From Chthonomonadales bacterium (GTDB lineage Bacteria; Armatimonadota; Chthonomonadetes; Chthonomonadales; CAJBBX01), in contig JBBIPC010000004.1 in NCBI GenBank assembly GCA_037443035.1, positions 89,602-153,601 on the forward strand: 64,000 nt of DNA, given 5' to 3'. Below, piece by piece: positions 13,044 to 23,146 of this stretch; positions within the stretch are counted from its first letter, which is position 1, and every line of letters begins with the position of its first letter. Under the pieces are notes generated by a model. That model ran no database searches and was not told where the DNA came from. It worked only from the letters and a program-made list of their open reading frames with translations. The position numbers were made by a program, and so were the translations under genes.

Positions 13044-15515
13044 ATGATCCGACACGTCCTGTCCTTCCGGCACGTCGTAAGTCTGATCCTGCCTCTCCCG
13101 GCCGTCATCGTCCTCGCATCCGGCTGCAGCAGGGAGCAACCATCTGCGGAGCGGACGAAGCTCGTAGTGTGGGGACTGCAGTATGGCGAGGAGAGCCAGG
13201 GACTGCGCGCCCGCGTCGCGGAGTTCGAACGGCGCAACAACGTTACTGTGAGCGTCCTCTCCATGGGTGCCGGGCAGATGAACCCTCAGAAGCTCATGAC
13301 GGCCATTGTGGGTCGCGTGCCTCCCGACGTCATCCATCAGGATCGTTTCACCATCGGCGACTGGGCGTCGCGAGATACCTTCCAGGCGCTGGACGACTAC
13401 ATCAGGGACGATGCGGGTGCGCCAGATGCCGTTCGTCCGGACGATTTCTATGACGCTTGTTGGCAGGAGGCGACCTACAAGGGGAAGGTCTACGCCATTC
13501 CGTCGAGTACGGATGACCGGGCGCTCTACTACAATCGCGCGCTCTTCCGTGAGGCTGGTCTGGACCCCGATCGTCCCCCACGCACGTGGGACGAACTCCT
13601 GGCCATGGCGAAACGCTTGACGGTCACTGCACCGGACGGTTCCTTCCAACGCATTGGCTTCATTCCCAACTATGGCAACTCGTGGTTGTACCTCTATAGC
13701 TGGCAGAACGGCGGCGAGTTCATGGATCCAGACGGTCGCACCTGTACCATGGACAATCCGTACAGCGTGGCGGCGCTGCAGTACATGGTGGATGTCTACG
13801 ATGCCCTCGGCGGTGTGACCAAAGTGGATGCGTTCGCGTCGGGGTTCCAGACCCAGGAGCTCGATCCGTTCTTGACTGGCAAGGTTGCCATGAAGATAGA
13901 TGGCAACTGGGTCCTGCAAGGCATCGGTCGGTATCGGCCCGACTTGGACTTCGCCGTGGCGCCGGCGCCTGTGCCCAAGAAGCGCCTGGATCAGACACTG
14001 GGTGGCAAGAGGGGTCGCTTCACAGGCCAGCCGCCGTTCATAACATGGTCTGGCGGCTTCTCCTATGCTATACCGCGCGGGGCCGCCCACCCGCGGGAGG
14101 CCTGGGCATTCATCAAGTGGATGGTTAGCCCTGAAGCTGCCCTCATCGAAGCTGCAGCGCAGAAGGAGTACAACCGCTCGAAAGGGCGCCCATACATCCC
14201 GGGAATCTCCGCTAACAAGCGAGCTAACGAGGCGGTCTTCAGGGCCTATGCACCACAGTCTGCCAAGTTCCGTGAACCACTGCGACTCTTCATCGATATG
14301 ATGCCAGTTGCTCGTTTCCGACCGGTGACCTTCGTAGGGCAAAGGTTGTGGGACGAGCATGTGCGTGCGTTCGACCAGGCCACACACCATCGAGAGACCC
14401 ACAAGACACCCCAGCAGGCCATGACCGAGAGCCGGCGCATCGTTCAGGCGGAACTGGACAAGGCATACCGCCGAGAGAAGTTTCCGCTCTTGCCTCCAGC
14501 AGTGCCCATTCTGCTTGCCGCGGGTCTCGGCACAGCTCTCCTAGCGTTTGTCGTATGGCGCGTGCGCACCATGCTGCGGATGGGCCGTGTAGCACGCCAG
14601 GAGGCCGTCGCCGGCGTCTTGTTCGCGCTCCCATGGCTGTTCGGATTCTTGGCCCTCACAGCCGGCCCGATCGTGACATCCATCTTCCTCAGTTTCTGTG
14701 ACTACGACGTCCTTCACCCACCCAGGTTCGTTGGCGCTCACAACTACGTCGAGCTGTTCACGGCCGATGCCTACTATCTCCGAACCTCCCTGTACAACGT
14801 TGCCTATCTTGCTGGTATCGGCATTCCGCTTGGCATCGTCACTGGGCTTGCCATAGCCATGCTGCTGAACGCGAAAGTCGGCGGTATGAGCGTGTACCGG
14901 ACATGCTTCTACCTCCCCTCCATCGTGCCTGTCGTAGCTAGTGCCGTACTATGGGCCTGGGTCCTCAACGGAGATCCCAACCGAGGTCTTCTGAACGCTG
15001 CATGGAAAGCCACGTTTACTGTCTGGTTCGGTTGGAATCCGCCTGGCTGGTTCGGCGCGGCAGAATGGGCCAAGCCAGGGCTGATCATCCAGGGGCTATG
15101 GGGCGCAGGTGGCGGCATGATCCTGTGGCTGGCCGGCCTTCAGGGCATACCGCAGCATCTCTACGAAGCGGCCGAGATCGATGGAGCCGGCGCCCTTTCC
15201 AAGTTCCGGAACGTAACGCTGCCCATGCTATCTCCCTACGTGTTCTTCAATCTCATCATGGGGACTATCGGCGCCCTCCAGGAGTTCGATCGGGTGTACG
15301 TGCTCAGCGGCCAGGGGGCAGGTGCTTCCTCTGTAGGGCCGGTGGACAGCCTCCTCGTACCCGTCATGTACCTCTTCAACAACGCATTCAAATACTTCAA
15401 GATGGGGTATGCATCAGCGCTGGCATGGGTGCTGTTCCTCATCATTCTCGGCCTGACGCTATTGCAGCTCAAGCTCGCCCCTCGGTGGGTCCACTATGAG
15501 GCGGAGAAGCAGTGA
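13044..15515 (+). CDS. Fused oligosaccharide ABC substrate-binding protein plus permease
   Basis: LASGC lipobox; SBP_bac_1-type motifs (LYYNRALFREAGLDP..PPRTWDEL), then TM permease with the LYEAAEIDGAG EAA loop. Confidence 0.88.
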   Translation: MIRHVLSFRHVVSLILPLPAVIVLASGCSREQPSAERTKLVVWGLQYGEESQGLRARVAEFERRNNVTVSVLSMGAGQMNPQKLMTAIVGRVPPDVIHQDRFTIGDWASRDTFQALDDYIRDDAGAPDAVRPDDFYDACWQEATYKGKVYAIPSSTDDRALYYNRALFREAGLDPDRPPRTWDELLAMAKRLTVTAPDGSFQRIGFIPNYGNSWLYLYSWQNGGEFMDPDGRTCTMDNPYSVAALQYMVDVYDALGGVTKVDAFASGFQTQELDPFLTGKVAMKIDGNWVLQGIGRYRPDLDFAVAPAPVPKKRLDQTLGGKRGRFTGQPPFITWSGGFSYAIPRGAAHPREAWAFIKWMVSPEAALIEAAAQKEYNRSKGRPYIPGISANKRANEAVFRAYAPQSAKFREPLRLFIDMMPVARFRPVTFVGQRLWDEHVRAFDQATHHRETHKTPQQAMTESRRIVQAELDKAYRREKFPLLPPAVPILLAAGLGTALLAFVVWRVRTMLRMGRVARQEAVAGVLFALPWLFGFLALTAGPIVTSIFLSFCDYDVLHPPRFVGAHNYVELFTADAYYLRTSLYNVAYLAGIGIPLGIVTGLAIAMLLNAKVGGMSVYRTCFYLPSIVPVVASAVLWAWVLNGDPNRGLLNAAWKATFTVWFGWNPPGWFGAAEWAKPGLIIQGLWGAGGGMILWLAGLQGIPQHLYEAAEIDGAGALSKFRNVTLPMLSPYVFFNLIMGTIGALQEFDRVYVLSGQGAGASSVGPVDSLLVPVMYLFNNAFKYFKMGYASALAWVLFLIILGLTLLQLKLAPRWVHYEAEKQ

Positions 15516-16564
15516 AGCGGCGCCACAACATCAACCGCCTTGTCCAGAAGGCTCTCATTCACACGGCGCTTCTAGTTGGTTCCATAGTTTTCCTCGTGCC
15601 GTTCGCCTGGCTTGTTGTCACGTCCTTGAAGGAGGACGAGGACATGAGCCAGTTCCCACCGGTGTGGGTTCCGCGGCAACAGGTACGCATTCGCCTGCAC
15701 GGCCGACTTGTCGGCCTGTCCTCGACCGTCTATCAAGGCAGAAACGTGAAGGTTGCAGTCCTCGAGGAAAGGGAGACAGGTGAGCAGCTCCTCGAGGTCA
15801 TCGCCCCCAAGGAGCTGGCTGGACGCAAGTTCATGGCTCCCCAATCTGCGGTCAAGAAGATCAAACGCTTCGCACCCGTGTGGTCCAACTATCCTGACGC
15901 ACTACAGTTTCTTCCTCCCGAGACTAACCGAGGCCTCGTGTTCGTGTGGAATACGCTCGTACTATCAGCTCTGACCATCCTTGGTACTGTGCTGGCAAGC
16001 TCTATGGTGGCGTTCAGCTTCGCGCGTCTTCGGTGGCCAGGACGCGATGGCGTATTCGTCGTGCTACTGGCGACGATGATGTTGCCTGGAGCCGTGACGA
16101 TGATGCCGGTGTTCCTCATCTTCCGGTGGCTCGGATGGATCGACACACTGCGGCCGCTCTGGGTGCCCGCGTTCTTTGGCAGCGCGTTCCATATTTTCCT
16201 GCTACGTCAGTTCTTTCTCACCATTCCCAACGATCTTGAAGACGCGGCTAAGATAGATGGCTGTTCGTACTTCGGCATCTACCGCCGCATCATGCTCCCG
16301 CTCATCAAGCCCGCCCTCGCCGCAGTGACCATCATGACATTCATGGGTGCATGGAACAACTTCATGGGTCCGCTGATCTACATCAGTTCCCCCCTGAAGA
16401 TGCCTTTGGCATACGCGCTTCAGCTCTTCCAGACAGCCCACGGCGGCGAGCCTGGACTCCTCATGGCGGCGAGCACGATGATGATGTTGCCAGTCCTTGT
16501 CATTTTCTTCCTAACTCAGCGATACTTCATCCAGGGTGTCACGCTGACCGGGATCAAGGGATAG
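15512..16564 (+). CDS. Carbohydrate ABC transporter permease (MalG-like)
   Basis: LRQFFLTIPNDLEDAAKIDGC EAA loop, QRYFIQGVTLTGIKG C-terminus. Confidence 0.92.
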   Translation: MKRRHNINRLVQKALIHTALLVGSIVFLVPFAWLVVTSLKEDEDMSQFPPVWVPRQQVRIRLHGRLVGLSSTVYQGRNVKVAVLEERETGEQLLEVIAPKELAGRKFMAPQSAVKKIKRFAPVWSNYPDALQFLPPETNRGLVFVWNTLVLSALTILGTVLASSMVAFSFARLRWPGRDGVFVVLLATMMLPGAVTMMPVFLIFRWLGWIDTLRPLWVPAFFGSAFHIFLLRQFFLTIPNDLEDAAKIDGCSYFGIYRRIMLPLIKPALAAVTIMTFMGAWNNFMGPLIYISSPLKMPLAYALQLFQTAHGGEPGLLMAASTMMMLPVLVIFFLTQRYFIQGVTLTGIKG

Positions 16565-16568
16565 GCCC

Positions 16569-17369
16569 ATGCCGCGAAGGCGCTTCGACATACCTCGTGC
16601 CAAGCGCTGGGTCATGGCTGTCTCCGGTCTCGTTCTTGGACTGTGGAGTGCTGTGAGTGGTATAGCAGCACAGGCGGCCGCAGGCCCCTATATCACCTTC
16701 ATGCTTGGGTTTCAATCCCCCAAAGCAGCCGCAACGGCAGCGCTGTTCGCGTTCTGGACCTGCGCCGGCACCCTGGGTGCGTGGGTGGCAGCACACGCAG
16801 CGCCCATACCTCTATCGCTGGCGCTACTGGTCTCTATCGGGGCCGTTCTCGGTGTCCTCTTGTGCACTCCCTTGGCGACAGCCGGGGTTTCCGTGCGTCG
16901 TGTGGGGCAAGGACTTGTCGTGATGGGAATGGTGTACTTCACCGCGGAGGGCATACGCGCTCCGTTCGGAGGTCCAGCGTTGTTACCGTGGGAGCTGCTC
17001 CGAACTTGGCCTGGCTGGTTGATCCTTGGCGTAGCATCTGGCGCCCTTGCCCACTACCTCATGCTCCCCTCCGGCATCATTCTCGTGCCGGCGCTGGTCC
17101 ACGGGGCCGGTCTATCGCCAGGGGTTGCACTCGTGACATCCCTTACCGTGGCTGTGATCGCTTCGATCCTGCCGCTCGCGAGTTACGTGGCTCAGGGGAT
17201 CACGGACAGAACTGTCGGCCCTGCAATGAACCTGGGTGGCGCCATTGGAGGAGCGATGGGCGGTTGGCTGCTCGCCAGAGTGGCGACGCCAGAAAGTACG
17301 TGGCCGCTCGTCACTTTTGGGGTCACGGCGATGTGCCTGTCGGCGTGGCTTGCCTACCGATCGGCCTAG
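16569..17369 (+). CDS. TauE/SafE (TSUP) family membrane protein, divergent
   Basis: Highly hydrophobic, two-fold repeat, GIILVPAL and GGAIGGAMGG. Confidence 0.55.
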   Translation: MPRRRFDIPRAKRWVMAVSGLVLGLWSAVSGIAAQAAAGPYITFMLGFQSPKAAATAALFAFWTCAGTLGAWVAAHAAPIPLSLALLVSIGAVLGVLLCTPLATAGVSVRRVGQGLVVMGMVYFTAEGIRAPFGGPALLPWELLRTWPGWLILGVASGALAHYLMLPSGIILVPALVHGAGLSPGVALVTSLTVAVIASILPLASYVAQGITDRTVGPAMNLGGAIGGAMGGWLLARVATPESTWPLVTFGVTAMCLSAWLAYRSA

Positions 17370-17380
17370 AAACGGTATAC

Positions 17381-17872
17381 ATGGTCATTCTTGGAATCGA
17401 CCCAGGCACTGCGACGACGGGGTTCGGGATCGTTCAATCGGTAGGCGGCGGCCTGCGTTCCGTCGAATACGGGGTCATCCGTACCAGCAGCCGCATGGAC
17501 GCACCAAGTCGCCTAGTCCTGGTCCACGACGCAGTTGGAGAGCTCTTGCGGCGGCACAGGGTCCGTTACCTGGCAACGGAAAGGCTGTTCTTCGCCAAGA
17601 ACGAGAGGACCGCGTTCAGTGTAGGCCGAACAATTGGTGTGGTCCTGCTGGCGGCGGCGCAGGCCGGTGTACCCTGGGCCGAATACACCCCGCTGCAGGT
17701 GAAGCAGGCCGTGGTCGGTTACGGAGGCGCCGAGAAGCACCAGGTGCAGTTCATGGTTCAGCGCATTCTGGCGTTGTCGTCACCACCACAGCCGGACGAT
17801 GCTGCCGACGCTCTCGCCGTCGCCATTTGCCACGCACATACGTTGGGGAGCCAGCCGGACCTAACACTGTAG
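17381..17872 (+). CDS. ruvC: Holliday junction endonuclease RuvC
   Basis: ILGIDPGTATTGFG, EYTPLQVKQAVVGYGGAEKHQV, PDDAADALAVAICH. Confidence 0.95.
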   Translation: MVILGIDPGTATTGFGIVQSVGGGLRSVEYGVIRTSSRMDAPSRLVLVHDAVGELLRRHRVRYLATERLFFAKNERTAFSVGRTIGVVLLAAAQAGVPWAEYTPLQVKQAVVGYGGAEKHQVQFMVQRILALSSPPQPDDAADALAVAICHAHTLGSQPDLTL

Positions 17873-17929
17873 AGGCACACTAGAGGCACGCACAGCCCAT
17901 GTTCTGAGAACAAGGAGGATTGCCGAATC

Positions 17930-19147
17930 ATGAGCACGTCACTGGCCATAGACGGTGGCACGCCTGTCCGCAGCAAGCCTTGGCCCCAGTGGCCCGTCTG
18001 GACCGAACGCGAAGAGGACCTGATCCTCGACGTGCTACGATCCGGACAGTGGTGGTCTGTTGGTGGGACGAAGGTACCGCAGTTCGAAGAAGCGTTCGCC
18101 AGATGCCAGGACGCCCGCCACGCAGTCTGCGTGACCAATGGAACCGCTGCGTTGGAGATTGCCCTGCGGGCGCTGGGCATCGGCTGCGGCGATGAAGTGA
18201 TCGTGCCACCCTATACCTTCATCGCGACGGCCAGCAGCGTGCTCGCGGTCGGTGCCACTCCGGTCTTCGTGGATATCGAGCCGCACAGCCTGAATATGGA
18301 CCCCCGAGCCATCGAACCGGCCATCACCGATCGGACGAAGGCGATTATCCCGGTTCACATCGCCGGGTGTCCCGCCGACATGGACGGAGTTCTCGAGGTG
18401 GCACGGAAGCGGAGTCTCGCCGTCATCGAGGACGCAGCCCAAGCCCACGCGGCAGCATGGAAAGGACGCAAGGTGGGCGCGCTGGGCGATTGTGGAACCT
18501 TCAGTTTCCAGGCCAGCAAGAACCTGAACGCGGGCGAGGGCGGCGCGATCGTCACGAATGACGACGAGGTGGCGGACAAGTGCTGGTCGGTCCACAACGT
18601 TGGGCGTACGAAGTCAGGCAAGTGGTACGAGCACCACGTGCTGGGCGGAAACTTCCGCATGACGGAGTGGCAAGCTGCCATTCTCTTGGCCCAGCTCGAG
18701 CGGTTGGAGGAGCAGACCGAGCGGCGGACGGCGAATGCGGCGCGTCTGACCACGCAGTTGGCCCAGATACCCGGCATTGTTACCCTGCCGCCTGACCCTC
18801 GTGTCACTCGCCACGCCTATCACCTGTACATCTTCCGCTACGACCCAGCGGGATTCGGCGGCCGTCCGCGCGATGAGTTTCTCCGAGCACTGAACGCCGA
18901 GGGGATTCCCTCTAGTGCGGGCTACGTTCCTTTATACAAGGAGATAGTCTTTCAGCGCAAGACGGCCGGCGTCGGGGCCTGGTGTCGCGCAGGGAGGTTC
19001 GTGGACTACGGGAAGGTCCAGTGTCCCGTCTGCGAGCAGGTCTGCACAGACGCAGTCTGGTTGTTCCAATCCATGTTACTGGGAGAACAGCAGGACATGG
19101 ACGATATTGTGGAGGCGATTGCCAAGATCCAGAAGGCGTGGAGCTGA
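17930..19147 (+). CDS. DegT/DnrJ/EryC1/StrS PLP aminotransferase
   Basis: NGTAALE, GDEVIVPPYTFIATA, IEDAAQAH, SFQASKNL (PLP lysine); AAGGAGG SD. Confidence 0.92.
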   Translation: MSTSLAIDGGTPVRSKPWPQWPVWTEREEDLILDVLRSGQWWSVGGTKVPQFEEAFARCQDARHAVCVTNGTAALEIALRALGIGCGDEVIVPPYTFIATASSVLAVGATPVFVDIEPHSLNMDPRAIEPAITDRTKAIIPVHIAGCPADMDGVLEVARKRSLAVIEDAAQAHAAAWKGRKVGALGDCGTFSFQASKNLNAGEGGAIVTNDDEVADKCWSVHNVGRTKSGKWYEHHVLGGNFRMTEWQAAILLAQLERLEEQTERRTANAARLTTQLAQIPGIVTLPPDPRVTRHAYHLYIFRYDPAGFGGRPRDEFLRALNAEGIPSSAGYVPLYKEIVFQRKTAGVGAWCRAGRFVDYGKVQCPVCEQVCTDAVWLFQSMLLGEQQDMDDIVEAIAKIQKAWS

Positions 19148-19149
19148 CC

Positions 19150-22100
19150 GTGTGGGCCCTCGAGACCCTAGGTGCCTTCGTGGCCCTGGCTTCTCCGGCC
19201 AGCTATCCCCCTGTCGTTCCGGACGCGTCCGTATTCAGGCTGGACGAGATCGGACTGTACCGCGTCGGGTACGCATATCGGGGCAAGGAAACGCGGGAAA
19301 TGCCCTACGGGTGGCATGGCCATTTCGATGATGCGACCGGTGTCTCGTGCTTACCGTACGGAGAGCAGTTCGGCCGCAAGGCGTTCCTCTTGCATTGCCC
19401 GTGGCGTGGGGGCACCGGTGTTGCGTGGCAGGAGTTCACCATCGCCGTTCCGCGCGTCCGCAGAGTCTCGCTGGACGGAGCCGTCGCCATGGGATCTGAT
19501 TTCGTCGGCCGTTCGGACGGCGCCGTGTTTCGAATCTACGTCAACGGTTCCAAAGTACTAGATGTACTCCACAAGGATGCAACATGGCGTGCGTACAGCC
19601 TGGATCTCACACGCTACGTTGGTCAGACGATACGACTACGCTTCGAGACGGACCCCGGTCGGTCGGACGACCCGAGCTTCGATTACTCGCTCTGGGGCAA
19701 TAGGATGCTACGACTGGATGGCTACGCGCCCCCAAAGCTACGTCCCATCGTTCGGCCGCCGCTCAATCTGCCCGCACTCACAGCGCACCTGAGCACGGAC
19801 GCGGTCCCGTCGAACGCCTACCCTGGACGCACAGCAGTCACCGTACGCGGAGCCGTGGTCACCCTCACGCACCATGGCGCGGATGGAGCCTATTCCTATA
19901 CATGGGACACGAGCGCTCCGGGTATGGGCGCGCTGCAGCTCTCGGTGCGTAACACTGGGCGTCCGGCCGTGGTCGTGCCACTGGCAACAGGTCATCGTCT
20001 CGTATGGACGGCGGAGGCTCGAGAGTTGGATCGCCGCGTTCGTCTCCTACCAGGCGGTTCTGCTGCAGCATGCACGAAGACGGTGCAGGCGGGTCCGACA
20101 CGCGCGACGCTGACCGTCGAAGCCCACCTCGTTGGCAAGGCGCTGGCGGTGCGCTTGTCCTGTACTGAACCTGTGGTCAAGGCGTTCGACGCCGGCGATT
20201 GGGGTCCCACGATGCGGCGGCAACTGATCTCGGTGCCGTATTATGGCTCGGTCACGTACCTTCCTCGCGAAGGCTTGTTCGTGAACCGGTACCTTGATTG
20301 GACTGCTTCACAGGCGTCGCGCCACGTGGAAGCGACTGCCTACTACGATTCGCTGACCGACGGGACACGAAACTGCCTCCAGGAGCGCGCCATCTTCGCT
20401 GCGGCATGGCATCTGGCGGAGGTGCTCCCGAACATACCCAATCCACCTAGTCCTTACTTGAGAGAAGTCGGGGGCAAGATCGTTCTCGATGTATGGGGTG
20501 GACGTTACACCGACATCGCGGCGAAGCTGCAGGAGCTGCACAGCTACGGTATTCGCAACTGCATCGTCCTGATGCATGACTGGCAACGGAGCGGCTACGA
20601 CAACGCCCTTCCCATGCACATCCCAGCCGCGTCAGACAAGGGCGGTGACGAAGGAATGCGGCAGTTGGTGGCGACGGCAACCAGCCTCGGTTATCGTATT
20701 GCTCTCCACGAGAACTACGTCGACTACTATCCCAACTACGACTTCTTCGACGAACGGCACATTGCCCTAGATTCTGAGGGCAAGCGCGTATTGGCATGGT
20801 ACAACCCTGGCACGAAGATACAATCCTTCGCGGTACAGCCGAACGCCATCCTCCGCTTGGCTCAGACCCAGTCCCCAGAGATACATCGCCGGTATGGCAC
20901 CAACGCGTGCTATCTCGATGTCCATTCGGCGGTTCCCCCATGGTTCCACGTAGATTTTCGCGCCGGAGAAACGGGCGCCGGCACTTTTCGACAGGTGTTC
21001 GCCGCGCATCGAGGGCTCTGGGCCTACGAACGCAGCGTTCACGGCGGCCCAGTGTTCGGAGAAGGTAACTCCCACTGGTACTGGAGCGGTCTCCTGGACG
21101 GAGTCGAAGCCCAGTTCGGGACGGGATGGCCAGCAAACCAAGGCCAGAATGCCCCCCTGATGGTGGATTTCAGCCTACTGAAGATTCATCCGCTCCAAGT
21201 CAACCACGGGCAGGGCTACTACGAGCGCTGGTGGGAGCAATATCCGTGGGGAGCGGTACCGCCCATGAGCGTCCTCGATCAGTATCGCCTCCAGGAGGTC
21301 CTCTACGGCCACATCGGCTTCCTTGGCTCCAGTACCTGGTCCAAGCTGCCATACGCCTGGCTGGAGCACCATCTGCTTACACCAGTAACGTCGCGTCACG
21401 CTGGCGTGCCGGTGAGAAGCCTCGATTACTGGGTCGGAGGCCAGTGGCAGGATACTACGAGCGCAGCCATCGCGGGCATGTGGCAGAGACCTCGCGTCGT
21501 CTATGCCAACGGCCTGACTGTGATCGGTAACGCCTCGAACGATACATGGCGCGTCCATGGTGCCACCCTTCCGCCCAATGGTTGGATTGCCCACGGCGCC
21601 GGCGTAACGGCATACACGGCGCTGCGGGATGGAGTAGTGGTGGATTACGCCGAGACACCCACCACCGTCTTCGCGAACGCCCGGCCCGCGTCAGATTGGG
21701 GCATCACCGACGTCACTGCGGTTCGTCCCACGGTCGCCCGCTTCACCCAGACGGGGGACCGTACGTTCGAGGTGACATACCAGTGGCAAGTCGCACAGCC
21801 GCCGCGTTCCGACTACGGCTGCTTCGTCCATTTCAGCAGCCCCAACCGTTCGTACTATGACGAGGGGATCCAGTTCCAGCAAGACCATCCGTTACCCTCG
21901 CCAACCTCATCCTGGACGGCGAACTCTACCGTAACGGACGGTCCATACACAGTACGGATACCGGACACTGTTCCGGATGGAACGTACGAGTGGTCCATCG
22001 GACTGTGGACGCCACAGTTGGGACGCGCTGCACTAGACGGTCCTACTGATCGATCGGGACGCATTCTTCTCGGCTCGCTCGTCGTCGCCGATCATGGCAC

Positions 22101-22470
22101 AACGCTGACTTTCGTGCCTAATCAGACGCCCTACACGAGTCGCGCGGCCTCGCACGCCGCTGCACTGAATACCGACGAGCGAGTTGTCACATTCGCCCAC
22201 ATCCGAACCAACGGAAGTGTGCTCGTAGAGCGTGACGGCGCCGATTGGGTCTTGCGGCCGTTTCCACGGTCGAGAGCGTTCATCGTCGAACTCGATGCCT
22301 ACTACTTCGGCATGCCACAGACAGTAGCGTGCGAGGATGGCAACCGCCCCTTCGTCCAACCGACTCGCTCGGGTCGTTGGTGGACACTGCCGCTGAACAG
22401 TGCCCGTGCCTACCGTTGGCGCGCCGGTGCAAGGCCGGTCCGGCCGCTTCCATCGGGTAATCTACACTGA
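19150..22470 (+). CDS. Large multi-domain DUF5696-like putative glycoside hydrolase
   Basis: WQRSGYDN, ALHENYVDYY, YLDVHS and VFGEG TIM-barrel motifs; N-terminal carbohydrate-binding-like domain; start uncertain. Confidence 0.6.
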   Translation: MWALETLGAFVALASPASYPPVVPDASVFRLDEIGLYRVGYAYRGKETREMPYGWHGHFDDATGVSCLPYGEQFGRKAFLLHCPWRGGTGVAWQEFTIAVPRVRRVSLDGAVAMGSDFVGRSDGAVFRIYVNGSKVLDVLHKDATWRAYSLDLTRYVGQTIRLRFETDPGRSDDPSFDYSLWGNRMLRLDGYAPPKLRPIVRPPLNLPALTAHLSTDAVPSNAYPGRTAVTVRGAVVTLTHHGADGAYSYTWDTSAPGMGALQLSVRNTGRPAVVVPLATGHRLVWTAEARELDRRVRLLPGGSAAACTKTVQAGPTRATLTVEAHLVGKALAVRLSCTEPVVKAFDAGDWGPTMRRQLISVPYYGSVTYLPREGLFVNRYLDWTASQASRHVEATAYYDSLTDGTRNCLQERAIFAAAWHLAEVLPNIPNPPSPYLREVGGKIVLDVWGGRYTDIAAKLQELHSYGIRNCIVLMHDWQRSGYDNALPMHIPAASDKGGDEGMRQLVATATSLGYRIALHENYVDYYPNYDFFDERHIALDSEGKRVLAWYNPGTKIQSFAVQPNAILRLAQTQSPEIHRRYGTNACYLDVHSAVPPWFHVDFRAGETGAGTFRQVFAAHRGLWAYERSVHGGPVFGEGNSHWYWSGLLDGVEAQFGTGWPANQGQNAPLMVDFSLLKIHPLQVNHGQGYYERWWEQYPWGAVPPMSVLDQYRLQEVLYGHIGFLGSSTWSKLPYAWLEHHLLTPVTSRHAGVPVRSLDYWVGGQWQDTTSAAIAGMWQRPRVVYANGLTVIGNASNDTWRVHGATLPPNGWIAHGAGVTAYTALRDGVVVDYAETPTTVFANARPASDWGITDVTAVRPTVARFTQTGDRTFEVTYQWQVAQPPRSDYGCFVHFSSPNRSYYDEGIQFQQDHPLPSPTSSWTANSTVTDGPYTVRIPDTVPDGTYEWSIGLWTPQLGRAALDGPTDRSGRILLGSLVVADHGTTLTFVPNQTPYTSRAASHAAALNTDERVVTFAHIRTNGSVLVERDGADWVLRPFPRSRAFIVELDAYYFGMPQTVACEDGNRPFVQPTRSGRWWTLPLNSARAYRWRAGARPVRPLPSGNLH

Positions 22471-22519
22471 GGCGTGAAGGTAGTTGCACCGCAGCGAGCG
22501 TCATCGCCCGGAGGTTACG

Positions 22520-23146
22520 ATGCGAGCACGATCTTATTTGGCGTTGGCGATCCTGATGGCCGCAGGACTGGGTATGGCTGTGCGCGGCGTCCCTGCGCAG
22601 GACGACCCAACAATGCCGCCCGACACCGCGGCAATCTTCGACAGCATTGACGACATAGACAAACTGCGCCTCCTGAACCCACTCAACCTCACTGCAGCGC
22701 AGCTTGACAAGATCATCCCGTTCCTCAAGCAGCGCCAGCAGGCATACAACCGACGGATTCTGGAACTGGCGATCGAGCCCCTGAAGGCTCTTGCGACCGA
22801 CATCAAGGCTACTCGCACGAAGCTGCTTGCCGGAGGATCTGTGCCACAGGACATTGACGAGAAGATCAAACGTTGCCAGAAGGACTTCAGCGAGAAACGC
22901 AAGATCGAACAGGACAAAAACCTGAAGCTGGTAGCCGACGGGATCAGGGCCGTCCTCACCACGGAACAGTACAAGGCCATCGTCGCCATGGCGAGGCGTG
23001 ACTTCCCCGAGGGCAAGGGGACGGATGAGCAATTCTACAACCTCTGGATCCGTGAGACGATTCTCGCGTACCCACGTATCATCCCACTGCTTGAAGATAT
23101 GCGCAACGCACGCGCCGGCCAGCAACCGAAGAATCAGGTCCCATGA
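22520..23146 (+). CDS. Exported alpha-helical hypothetical protein
   Basis: GGAGG SD, signal peptide (..VPA-QD), helical charged body with LNLTAAQ and LTTEQ Spy-like motifs. Confidence 0.65.
   Translation: MRARSYLALAILMAAGLGMAVRGVPAQDDPTMPPDTAAIFDSIDDIDKLRLLNPLNLTAAQLDKIIPFLKQRQQAYNRRILELAIEPLKALATDIKATRTKLLAGGSVPQDIDEKIKRCQKDFSEKRKIEQDKNLKLVADGIRAVLTTEQYKAIVAMARRDFPEGKGTDEQFYNLWIRETILAYPRIIPLLEDMRNARAGQQPKNQVP

Noticed and set aside
12908..13264. Apparent overlap of the two divergent SBP ORFs
   Set aside because: Artefact of longest-ORF starts; lipoprotein signals place the starts at 12907 (-) and about 13044 (+)
13023..14402. 459 aa antisense ORF
   Set aside because: Shadow of the ABC SBP gene caused by GC-rich codon bias; no recognisable motifs
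16643..17380. Long N-terminal extension on RuvC in the ORF track
   Set aside because: Overlaps the TauE-like gene in another frame; the RuvC motif begins at ATG 17381
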